Assembly (NCBI GenBank): GCA_044464585.1
Contig: JBIQLF010000004.1
Coordinates: 7,487 to 71,486, forward strand
Direction of reading: 5' to 3'
Source: Thermomicrobia bacterium
Lineage (GTDB): Bacteria > Chloroflexota > Chloroflexia > Thermomicrobiales > UBA6265
DNA: 64,000 bases
Made by a program: the position numbers and the translations under genes. Shown in pieces: positions 9,008 through 16,829 of this stretch. The notes under the pieces were generated by a model. It did not search any database. It saw nothing but the letters and a program-made list of their open reading frames with translations, and had not been told where the DNA came from. The first letter of the stretch is position 1. Every line of letters begins with the position of its first letter.

Positions 9008-10051
9008 TCACGAGCTCGCAACCGCGGTTGCGGGAGGCGCCGCGGAATCGGGCGTGCCAGTGCCGGCGATCGCGGCGGCCAGCTTGCTCCGGTCTCGCGC
9101 ATAGACGTCATTCGGGGAATCGACGAATCCAACATCGGTCACCAGCTCGGGCGCGGAGGCAAGATAGAACTGGAGGAATTCCTGCATTTCGGGCCGCTGG
9201 ATACTGGCCGCATTCACATAGACGAAGAGCGGCCGCGATAGCGGGCGATAGGTCGAATTCTGAATCGTCTCGCTCGTGGGTTCGACGCAACCATTGCCGT
9301 CGTCCACTCCGACGATTTTGAGCCGGTCCCGGTTTTGCTCGTAATAGGCAAGTCCAAAGAACCCAAGGGCATTCTTGTCGCCGGCAACCCCCTCGACCAG
9401 TTGGTTGTCGTCCTCACTCGGGAGATAGTCGGTCGTCGAGCTCCCGGGTTGGCCGACGATGACCGTGGTGAAATAGTCGAATGTCCCCGATGAGGTGCCA
9501 GGCCCGTAGAGGCGGATCGACTGATCGGGAAACGAAGGGTCGATCTCATTCCAGTTCTTCACGGGGTCGTCCGGTCGCCACATCATCTGAAGTTGCTCGA
9601 CCGTCAGACAGGAAACGAAGTCGTTCTTCGGGTTCACCACAATCGCGATACCGTCGTACGCGACCTCGAATACGTAGAACTGCACCCCGGAGGCTGCGCA
9701 CTTGGCTGCTTCGACTTCCTTGATCGGTCGGGATGCGTTCTGGATATCGGTTTCGCCATTGCAGAATCGATCGAACCCGCCCCCGGTACCCGATACGCTC
9801 ACTTCGATCTGAACCCGCGGAGCGATGAACCCAAATTCCTCCGCGACGGCTTCCGTGATCGGACTGACAGTCGAGGAGCCATCGGCAACGATCGTCCCAG
9901 ACAAGCTCGAAGCTCCCGCACTCGGGACATACGGCGCCGGTGTCACCTCCTGCGCCAATGCGCCGCCGAGCGACAGGAATAGGACGACGGCAATCGCCCC
10001 CATCCGGGCGAGCTGGAAGCGGTCGATGCCGGGAAGGTGGAGATTCGCCAT
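9008..10051 (-). CDS. pstS: Phosphate-binding protein PstS
   Basis: Signal peptide (AIAVVLFLSLGGALAQ). PstS motifs DGSSTVSP, SGTGGG and GTSSGTFDYF. ATG at 10051 has GAGGGA 5 nt upstream. Confidence 0.9.
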   Translation of the reverse strand: MANLHLPGIDRFQLARMGAIAVVLFLSLGGALAQEVTPAPYVPSAGASSLSGTIVADGSSTVSPITEAVAEEFGFIAPRVQIEVSVSGTGGGFDRFCNGETDIQNASRPIKEVEAAKCAASGVQFYVFEVAYDGIAIVVNPKNDFVSCLTVEQLQMMWRPDDPVKNWNEIDPSFPDQSIRLYGPGTSSGTFDYFTTVIVGQPGSSTTDYLPSEDDNQLVEGVAGDKNALGFFGLAYYEQNRDRLKIVGVDDGNGCVEPTSETIQNSTYRPLSRPLFVYVNAASIQRPEMQEFLQFYLASAPELVTDVGFVDSPNDVYARDRSKLAAAIAGTGTPDSAAPPATAVASS

Positions 10052-10100
10052 CAGATTCCCTCGCGTGAAGAGCGAAGCAGATGCAGGCTGGTTGCATCCA

Positions 10101-11363
10101 TCATCGATCGGCAACTGGGGTCGCCCGTTTGCTCAGCAGAATCTGCGTTGCGGCTTCCATCTGCGCATCCCCCTTTTCATTGTCAGGGGTTCGATCCACG
10201 GCGAAGTCGGGCACAATGCCGGATTTGTCGATCGCCAGCTTGTTCGGGGTCAGCCAGTGCGCAAAGGTCAGCCGGAACGATGATCCATCCTCGAATTCGT
10301 GGACTCGTTGCACCGAGCCCTTGCCGAACGTGGTTTCACCAACGATCGTCGCGCGGCCATAGTCTCGCAGCGCCCCGGCAACGATTTCCGCCGCACTGGC
10401 AGTGCCGTTGTTGACCAGCACCACCAACGGCAAATCGTATGCGGACACATCGCCTGAAATGATCGGCTGCTCGATCTCGTCTCCGGAGAGATTCGGATCG
10501 AAGTCTTCGTAGAGCGCCGCTCCCTGATCGGCCGGGACGAACCGCCCGATCGTTTCCTGCGCGCTGCGCACCCATCCGCCCCCATTGTTGCGCAGGTCGA
10601 GCACGATTCCGGACACACCATCGTTCCTGGCGGCATCGAGCGCCGCATCGAGCTCCGCGGCTGTCTTGTCCCCGAATACGACGATGCGTATGACCCCGAC
10701 GTTATTGTCGGTGTCCAGCGTGTACGAGACGACGGGCACGGGAATCTTGCGACGCTCGACCTCGAGGGACATCGTCGATCCGTCCTTGCGCTGCATATCG
10801 AGCGCCACGGTCTTGCCGGCAGGACCCTTGAGCAAGGCCAACGCTTCCGAATCGGATAGTCCCTGGACCGATTTGCCGTCGATGCGCATGATCACGTCGC
10901 CCGACTGAATTCCGGCTTCTTCGGCGGGTGACCCCGGAATGGGAGCCACGATCGTCATCTTGCCGCTGCGGGTCGCAACCCAGACGCCGATGCCTTCGAA
11001 GGTCCCGGCCAACTGATCGGCCGCTTCTTTTTGGTCGGCCGGAGGCAGATAGGTGGAATAGTCGTCGAGTCCCATCGAGAGACCGGCCAATGCATCGCCT
11101 TCCAGCCCACTCCAGAACTCGGTCGATGTCTGATCGTCCGCGGGGCGGCCGTAGTACTCCTGAGCAATCAGTTTCTCGACCTCGGCAAGCTTGTCGAGAC
11201 TTCCGGCGACAGCGCTCGGCGCCGCAACGGATTCATTGGCCGATCCGGGCAACCAGGTGCGCTGCGCGATCATTCCCATCAGGAAGGCGGAAATGGCAAT
11301 CAGGACGGAGGTGCTGATGAGCACCGTATAGAGCACTGGTTTACGAACGGTTATTTCGGACAT
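10101..11363 (-). CDS. ctpA: C-terminal processing peptidase, family S41 (PDZ-containing)
   Basis: N-terminal TM segment, a PDZ segment (GSPAEEAGIQSGDVIMRIDG) and the S41 catalytic region NNGTASAAEIVAGAL...TFGKGSVQ. The track ORF extends to 11693, but that extension is Arg/Cys-rich junk; ATG at 11363. Confidence 0.85.
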   Translation of the reverse strand: MSEITVRKPVLYTVLISTSVLIAISAFLMGMIAQRTWLPGSANESVAAPSAVAGSLDKLAEVEKLIAQEYYGRPADDQTSTEFWSGLEGDALAGLSMGLDDYSTYLPPADQKEAADQLAGTFEGIGVWVATRSGKMTIVAPIPGSPAEEAGIQSGDVIMRIDGKSVQGLSDSEALALLKGPAGKTVALDMQRKDGSTMSLEVERRKIPVPVVSYTLDTDNNVGVIRIVVFGDKTAAELDAALDAARNDGVSGIVLDLRNNGGGWVRSAQETIGRFVPADQGAALYEDFDPNLSGDEIEQPIISGDVSAYDLPLVVLVNNGTASAAEIVAGALRDYGRATIVGETTFGKGSVQRVHEFEDGSSFRLTFAHWLTPNKLAIDKSGIVPDFAVDRTPDNEKGDAQMEAATQILLSKRATPVADR

Positions 11364-11494
11364 GAAGCGTTCCCGCGAATATCTGACGCAAGAAGCGATC
11401 GAAAGCGCGCCAGCGTGGCACAACAGATAATACGTGTCGCGCGGAAGGAGCAACCAGCCGCCGGCGAGATTCGGGCGGACCGAGGAGAACCACG

Positions 11495-12259
11495 ATGTTC
11501 CTGGCCATCGATGTCGGCAACACCAATGTCCACATCGGGATTGCGTCCGATCTGGATCGTTCCTGGCAGCGCACCCTGCGCTTTTCGTCGGAACATGGAC
11601 GCACGGCGGACGAGTGGCATGCGCTGCTGGATGGCCATTTCGATGCCCTGAAGAACAACGATTGCGAGATCGCGATGTGCAGCGTCGTGCCATCGATCAC
11701 CCGGAGTTTGACCGAGTTCCTCGAAGACCGGTTCGAGAAGACCCCACTCGTGGTTTCCAGCCAGCTGGATTTGGGTATCGAGGTGGCCACCGGTCAACCG
11801 ACCGAGACCGGAGCCGATCGCATCACCAATGCGGTCGCGGTCGACGCTCACTATGGGCGGCCGGCGATCGTCGTCGATTTCGGCACTGCCACCAAGGTCG
11901 ATGCACTCGATGCACAGGGACGATTTCTTGGTGGCTCGATCGCGACCGGTCTGGCGCTGAGCATGGACGCGCTCGCGTCGCGGGCCGCTCGTCTCTACTC
12001 GGTACCCATCGAGATTCCTGACGCTGCCATTGGCCGCAACACGACCCAGGCCGTCCAGGCCGGCGTTGTGCTCGGTCATTTGAAAATGGTCGAAGGACTG
12101 GTCGAGATGGTTCGCGCGGAATTGGGAGGATGCGACATCGTGGTGATGACCGGGGGGAATGGCCGGCTTTTCGCCGGCCGCACGCCGGCCCTTGGTCCCT
12201 ATGAGCCGAACCTGACGCTCGACGGCCTGCGCGTGATTGCCGACCGGCAACGGCGATAG
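11495..12259 (+). CDS. coaX: Type III pantothenate kinase
   Basis: MFLAIDVGNTN..., DFGTATK and GGSIATG are diagnostic CoaX motifs. GAGGAG lies upstream. Confidence 0.9.
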   Translation: MFLAIDVGNTNVHIGIASDLDRSWQRTLRFSSEHGRTADEWHALLDGHFDALKNNDCEIAMCSVVPSITRSLTEFLEDRFEKTPLVVSSQLDLGIEVATGQPTETGADRITNAVAVDAHYGRPAIVVDFGTATKVDALDAQGRFLGGSIATGLALSMDALASRAARLYSVPIEIPDAAIGRNTTQAVQAGVVLGHLKMVEGLVEMVRAELGGCDIVVMTGGNGRLFAGRTPALGPYEPNLTLDGLRVIADRQRR

Positions 12260-12284
12260 TGGGCCCCTCCTGAATCCTGTCGCA

Positions 12285-12314
12285 TTGTGACCGGGCGCTC
12301 CACGTTTCTATAAT
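12285..12314 (+). promoter_or_regulatory. Sigma-70-like promoter upstream of the EF-G paralog leader
   Basis: TTGTGA (12285-12290), an 18-nt spacer, then TATAAT (12309-12314). Confidence 0.45.
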
Positions 12315-12512
12315 GGCCCCACGATCGAATGCGTCCGAAGGAGGTCTGTCATGGACAGGCAGTTCCGAACCGAAGCAGTCAACCCGCATCGAGCGCGCCC
12401 GCGGGCGTCGCACTCCGCGGGCTGGCGGGCGGCCGCATCCTCGTTCGCATTCGCATCCTATCAACGGTTGTTGGGATGATCGGCCTCGACGGCTCTCGAC
12501 GAAGGAGACCCC

Positions 12513-14594
12513 GTGAAGCACTACTCAGCTGACAAGATTCGAAACATCGGCCTCTTTTCCCATGGTGGCGCGGGAAAGACGTCATTGGCTGAGGCGATGC
12601 TGCACGTTTCCGGCGCGACCACTCGGCTCGGCAAGATCGAAGACGGCAACACGATCACCGATTACGACGTCGACGAAATCAAACGCCGCATGTCGATTTC
12701 CCTGGCGCTGGCGCCCGTGGAATTCGGCGAATGCAAGATCAATGTGATCGATGTACCGGGGTACGCCGATTTTCTCGGTGAGGTGCAGTCCACCCTCGCG
12801 GTGGTGGATGCGGCAGTGATCCTGCTCGATGCATCGGCGGGGGTGGAAGTCGGTAGTGAAAAGGCCTGGTCGATGGCCACCGCGGCCGGTGTCCCCAAGA
12901 TCCTGTTCGTCAACAAGATGGATCGCGACAATGCGGATTTCGGTCGGACGATCGACTCGGCCCGGTCGATCTTCGGCCCAACCGTCGGCCCCTTGCAGCT
13001 CCCCATCGGCTCCGAGAAATCGTTCCGTGGCGTCGCGGATATCCTCTCGGGTCGTGCCTATCTCTACGACGACGCCAACTCCGGCACGGCGGTCGAAAGC
13101 GACATTCCGGATGAATTCAAGCGGGCGGTGCGCGAAGCGCGCGGTCAGCTCATCGAAGCAGCCGCGGATTCCGACGAAGTCCTGATGGAACGCTATTTGA
13201 ATGACGAGGAGATCAGCGACGAAGATCTCCGGCGGGCAGTCGAAGTGGCCATCGAAGACGGCAATATGGTGCCGGTGTTCGCCGGGGCCGGGTCGAGCAT
13301 GAAGGGCGTCGACCGGCTCCTCCACGCGATCATCACCTACGCGCCAGCGGCTTCGTCCCGAACGGTGGTCGCGGAGAACGACAATGGCGAAGAGACATTG
13401 TCGGCCGATCCGGCCGGTCCGCTGGCGGCGCTCGTCTTCAAGACCATCGCCGATCCGCATGTTGGTCGGGTTTCGTACTTCCGGGTGTTTTCGGGTTCCC
13501 TGAAATCGAATGGCACGGTCTACAACGAACATGCCGAGAAGAGCGAGCGCATCGGCCACGCATTCTTTTCGCGCGGCAAGGAGCACATCAATGCCGATTC
13601 GATCGAAGCGGGTGATATTGGGGCGGTCGGCAAACTGGCGGTAACCCACACCGGCGATACGCTCAGCGACGAAAATCACCATTTGCAATTGGCATCGATC
13701 GAGTTCGTGCAGCCGTCTTATTCCGCGGCTGTCAGCCCGAAAACCAAAGCCGATCTGGATAAGCTGGGACAGGCATTGCACCGGATCGTGGAAGAAGATC
13801 CGACCTTGCAGCTCAGTCGCGATTCCGTGACCGGGGAATCGATTCTTTCCGGCTTGGGCGAGCCGCATATCCAGATCGCGCTCGAACGAATGACTCGACG
13901 CTATGGCGTGAATGTCGATCTCGGTCTGCCCCGCGTGCAATATCGCGAGACGATTTCCGCCAAGACGAACTCCGAATACAAGCACAAGAAACAAACCGGC
14001 GGGGCGGGCCAATATGGTCATGTCTTCCTGGAGCTCGAACCGCTGCAGGAAAGCGATTTCGAATTCTCGGAGCGCGTCGTCGGTGGAGCGGTGCCAAGGA
14101 ACTTCTTCCCAGCCGTCGAAAAAGGCGTCCGCGAGGCGCTCGATGCTGGTCCAGTGGCGGGCTATCCCGTGGTGAATGTCAAGGTCACCCTCTACGATGG
14201 CAGCTACCACGATGTCGATTCGAACGAAATGGCATTCAAGATCGCGTCCAAGGAAGCCTTCAAGAAGGGCGTGCTGATGGGCAAACCAGTACTGCTGGAA
14301 CCGGTCATGACTATCGAAGTCACCGTGCCAGATGCATTTACCGGCGATGTGATGAGCGATTTGAATTCGAAACGCGCCCAGGTAAGCGGCATGTCGGCGG
14401 CGGGAGAAGGATCGACCCGCATCGAAGCGATCGTTCCGGGTGCGGAAATCCAGCGGTATGCCACCGATCTGCGCTCGATCACCCAAGGGCGCGGATCGTT
14501 CACCAGCACGTTCTCGCATTACCAGCCGGTTCCGCCCAATCTGGCGGAGCAGATCAAGGCCGAAGCGCGCGCCCGAGAGGAAGCAGCAGCTTGA
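12513..14594 (+). CDS. Elongation factor G paralog (EF-G2 type)
   Basis: 693-aa translational GTPase. The P-loop is SHGGAGKTS rather than the canonical AHIDAGKTT. DVPGYADF, NKMD and EF-G domains II-V are recognisable. GTG start with GAAGGAG upstream. Confidence 0.85.
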   Translation: MKHYSADKIRNIGLFSHGGAGKTSLAEAMLHVSGATTRLGKIEDGNTITDYDVDEIKRRMSISLALAPVEFGECKINVIDVPGYADFLGEVQSTLAVVDAAVILLDASAGVEVGSEKAWSMATAAGVPKILFVNKMDRDNADFGRTIDSARSIFGPTVGPLQLPIGSEKSFRGVADILSGRAYLYDDANSGTAVESDIPDEFKRAVREARGQLIEAAADSDEVLMERYLNDEEISDEDLRRAVEVAIEDGNMVPVFAGAGSSMKGVDRLLHAIITYAPAASSRTVVAENDNGEETLSADPAGPLAALVFKTIADPHVGRVSYFRVFSGSLKSNGTVYNEHAEKSERIGHAFFSRGKEHINADSIEAGDIGAVGKLAVTHTGDTLSDENHHLQLASIEFVQPSYSAAVSPKTKADLDKLGQALHRIVEEDPTLQLSRDSVTGESILSGLGEPHIQIALERMTRRYGVNVDLGLPRVQYRETISAKTNSEYKHKKQTGGAGQYGHVFLELEPLQESDFEFSERVVGGAVPRNFFPAVEKGVREALDAGPVAGYPVVNVKVTLYDGSYHDVDSNEMAFKIASKEAFKKGVLMGKPVLLEPVMTIEVTVPDAFTGDVMSDLNSKRAQVSGMSAAGEGSTRIEAIVPGAEIQRYATDLRSITQGRGSFTSTFSHYQPVPPNLAEQIKAEARAREEAAA

Positions 14595-15058
14595 CCCAGG
14601 GCAAATCGAAAACGGGGGAGCCGGTGGCCGGCTCCCCTTCCCCATTCTCGAATCCCAACAATCCGTATGTCATTACATTCGATGGCGGCGCCGATCCCAA
14701 TCCGGGCAAGGGGTACGGCAGTTTCCACATCGCCAGTCCGACCGGCAATTCGCTGATCGAACGGCGCGATTACTCGACCGGTGGCCGCAGGATGACGAAC
14801 AACCAGGCGGAATATCAGACCCTGATCGAGGCACTGGCGTTTCTCCAGCAGAAGCTGGGCGACCGGGCCGTTGTGGAGCATGTGCGTGTGGATGGTGACA
14901 GCCAGCTCGTCATCAATCAGGTCAAGGGAACCTGGAAAGTCCGGCAGGAAGAGCTCAAGCCCTTGCGTGCGGAAGCGGTCCGGTTGGGCGCGGGATTCGG
15001 GTCGGTCACCTACCGCTGGCACCGCCGATCGAACTCGGTGCGAATGCTGGGCCATTGA
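14591..15058 (+). CDS. RNase H (type 1)-like protein
   Basis: RNase H-fold acidic residues in FDGGADPNPG, NNQAEYQTLIEAL and VDGDSQLV. The TTG start overlaps the EF-G paralog stop (TTGA). Confidence 0.7.
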   Translation: MTQGKSKTGEPVAGSPSPFSNPNNPYVITFDGGADPNPGKGYGSFHIASPTGNSLIERRDYSTGGRRMTNNQAEYQTLIEALAFLQQKLGDRAVVEHVRVDGDSQLVINQVKGTWKVRQEELKPLRAEAVRLGAGFGSVTYRWHRRSNSVRMLGH

Positions 15059-15060
15059 CC

Positions 15061-15091
15061 TTGCACAAACCGGGGGCACATCCTCTATAAT
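15061..15091 (+). promoter_or_regulatory. Possible promoter for tRNA-Val
   Basis: TTGCAC (15061-15066), a 19-nt spacer, then TATAAT (15086-15091), 17 nt before the tRNA. The spacer is longer than optimal. Confidence 0.35.
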
Positions 15092-15107
15092 CACGGTCCG
15101 GCTGATC

Positions 15108-15181
15108 GGGCGGTTAGCTCAGCTGGTTAGAGCGCCACGTTGACATCGTGGAGGTCACTGGTTCGAGTCCAGTATCGCCCA
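15108..15181 (+). tRNA. tRNA-Val (anticodon GAC)
   Basis: Hand-folded cloverleaf. Acceptor GGGCGGT pairs with ATCGCCC. Anticodon stem CCACG/CGTGG with loop TTGACAT. T-arm CACTG-GTTCGAGT-CCAGT. CCA is not fully encoded. Confidence 0.9.
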
Positions 15182-15189
15182 CCCGCATG

Positions 15190-15217
15190 CGCCCGCTCAT
15201 ACGAGCGGGCGTTTTGT
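15190..15217 (+). terminator. Rho-independent terminator after tRNA-Val
   Basis: Stem CGCCCGCTC / GAGCGGGCG with loop ATAC, followed by TTTTGTT. Confidence 0.75.
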
Positions 15218-15285
15218 TCGAATTCGAGGTCGCCGCGTCGCGTGGAACTGCCCCTGACAATCGACACGTGGTCGTTTCTCCGCCT

Positions 15286-16551
15286 ATGAGCCGCTGCTTG
15301 CCTGCCTCTATCCGGGTGCTTGCCCGGTTCACGATCGCCATCGCACTCGTTCTCGGTATCGTTTTCGCGAGCGTCGGCCCCGCGGCGGCGCAGCTCTCCG
15401 AGCTGGATGGCATTTCCTCGAAGCGGTATATCGTCATCGATGCCGACACGGGCGAGGTGTTCGTCGAACACAACGCGGATCAGGAGGTCGCCATGGCCAG
15501 CCTGACCAAGATCTTCACGACCATCGAAGCGCTGGAACGCGGCGCGCTGACCGAACGGATCACAACCAGCACCTCCGATCTCTTCGATGCCAACTCGACC
15601 ACAATGGGTTTCGGCCCCGGAGAGACATTCACACTCCAGGACCTTCTCTACGGAATGATGTTGCCATCTGGCAACGATGCGGCCCATGCGATTGCCCGGG
15701 CGCTCGGATATCAGGATGGCGACACCGACCAGCAGGCCGTCCAGAATTTCATCGACGAAATGAACCAGCGAATTCAGAATATGGGGTTGACCCGCACCCA
15801 TCTGGTGAATCCCCACGGCTGGGGTGTCGATGGGCATTACTCGACGGCGCGCGACCTGGCGACATTCACGATGTACGCCCTGAACTATCCGGTCTTTCGC
15901 CAACTGATCGGCACATCCGAATACACAACATCAGATGGCTATTATTATGTCACGAACACCAATAAGCTTCTGAACAATTACAGCGGTTTGATCGGCGGCA
16001 AGACGGGATATGACGACGACGCGGGCTATTGCCTGATCGAAGTCGCGACGCGCGACGGATCGACGATGATCTCGGTCACCCTCGATGGCGAAGCTCCCGA
16101 TACGTGGTACCAGGACAATGCGATCCTTCTCGATTACGCGTTCGAAGCCAAGTCGGAGCGCATCGCTGCTGGAAAACTGATCAGCGGCGATGTGGTGAGC
16201 TATCGCGACCCGGATGCTGCCCTGATTCTGGCACAGGCCCGGGGAGGCAACTCGATCGGCTTGGCGCCGGACGCGCGGGTCGCGACCGTGACCGATGCGA
16301 CACCGGAACCGGAGGCGACTCCAGCGGCAACCGATCGATCGAATACCGATACCGAAAACCAGCACGGACCGGAGTCGAACGCGAACGACGGCATCTTCAC
16401 CGGACGGAACCGGGTGATCATCGCGCTGGTCGCGCTGGTCGCGCTGGCGCTCGCCGGATATTTCCTCTGGAGCGGCTATCGATCGTCCGCGGTGCGGCGA
16501 GATGTGCTCATCGGGGGCGAAAGCGAGTCGGGAACGACGCCGCCGGATTGA
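15286..16551 (+). CDS. D-alanyl-D-alanine carboxypeptidase (S11, low-MW PBP) with C-terminal membrane anchor
   Basis: Signal peptide. SxxK (ASLTK), SxN (LPSGND) and KTG (GGKTGYD) motifs. C-terminal TM IIALVALVALALAGYFLW. The track ORF start at 15148 overlaps the tRNA; ATG at 15286 chosen. Confidence 0.85.
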   Translation: MSRCLPASIRVLARFTIAIALVLGIVFASVGPAAAQLSELDGISSKRYIVIDADTGEVFVEHNADQEVAMASLTKIFTTIEALERGALTERITTSTSDLFDANSTTMGFGPGETFTLQDLLYGMMLPSGNDAAHAIARALGYQDGDTDQQAVQNFIDEMNQRIQNMGLTRTHLVNPHGWGVDGHYSTARDLATFTMYALNYPVFRQLIGTSEYTTSDGYYYVTNTNKLLNNYSGLIGGKTGYDDDAGYCLIEVATRDGSTMISVTLDGEAPDTWYQDNAILLDYAFEAKSERIAAGKLISGDVVSYRDPDAALILAQARGGNSIGLAPDARVATVTDATPEPEATPAATDRSNTDTENQHGPESNANDGIFTGRNRVIIALVALVALALAGYFLWSGYRSSAVRRDVLIGGESESGTTPPD

Positions 16552-16577
16552 CAAGTCGTGCGGCCCGTACGTATCCT
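16548..16577 (+). promoter_or_regulatory. Promoter of the thrS T-box leader
   Basis: TTGACA (16548-16553), an 18-nt spacer, then TATCCT (16572-16577). Confidence 0.5.
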
Positions 16578-16583
16578 CACGTG

Positions 16584-16806
16584 CAATCGAATATCCCCGG
16601 TTGCCATGACTGGGACGAGTATCGCGCACCGGTATCCCAGAGAGATCCCGCCCGGCTGAAACGGGATCGATGATCGGACGCGAGAAAACCAACCAGGAGC
16701 TCCCGGGCGGCTTGCCCCGTTATCGGCTCGATGAGGGAATCGATCGATTCTGAATCAGGGTGGAACCACGTCAGCCAGACGTCCCAGTGCGGGCGCCTGG
16801 TTTTTT
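16584..16806 (+). promoter_or_regulatory. T-box leader (tRNA-Thr-responsive riboswitch) with terminator
   Basis: Conserved T-box sequence AATCAGGGTGGAACCACG (16752-16769). AGAGA box (16639-16643). Candidate ACC specifier in GAAAACCAACCA (16684-16695). Terminator 16775-16800 (10-bp stem with 1 mismatch) followed by TTTTTT (16801-16806). Sits directly upstream of thrS. Confidence 0.8.
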
Positions 16807-16829
16807 GTTGTTCGAATCGATGAACGAAA

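Noticed and set aside
11364-11693. N-terminal 110-aa extension of the S41 peptidase ORF
   Set aside because: The extension is Cys/Arg/His-rich, overlaps the coaX promoter region and lacks a signal or TM segment. The internal ATG at 11363 immediately precedes the real TM segment.
12351-12479. 42-codon uORF as a bona fide small protein gene
   Set aside because: The peptide (MDRQFRTEAVNPHRARPRASHSAGW...) looks like GC-driven noise, and its ATG is in a hairpin loop. It is kept only as part of the leader observation, not as a CDS.
12582-14645. 687-aa minus-strand ORF covering the EF-G paralog
   Set aside because: It is the antisense shadow of a clearly recognisable translational GTPase, and its product has no recognisable domain.
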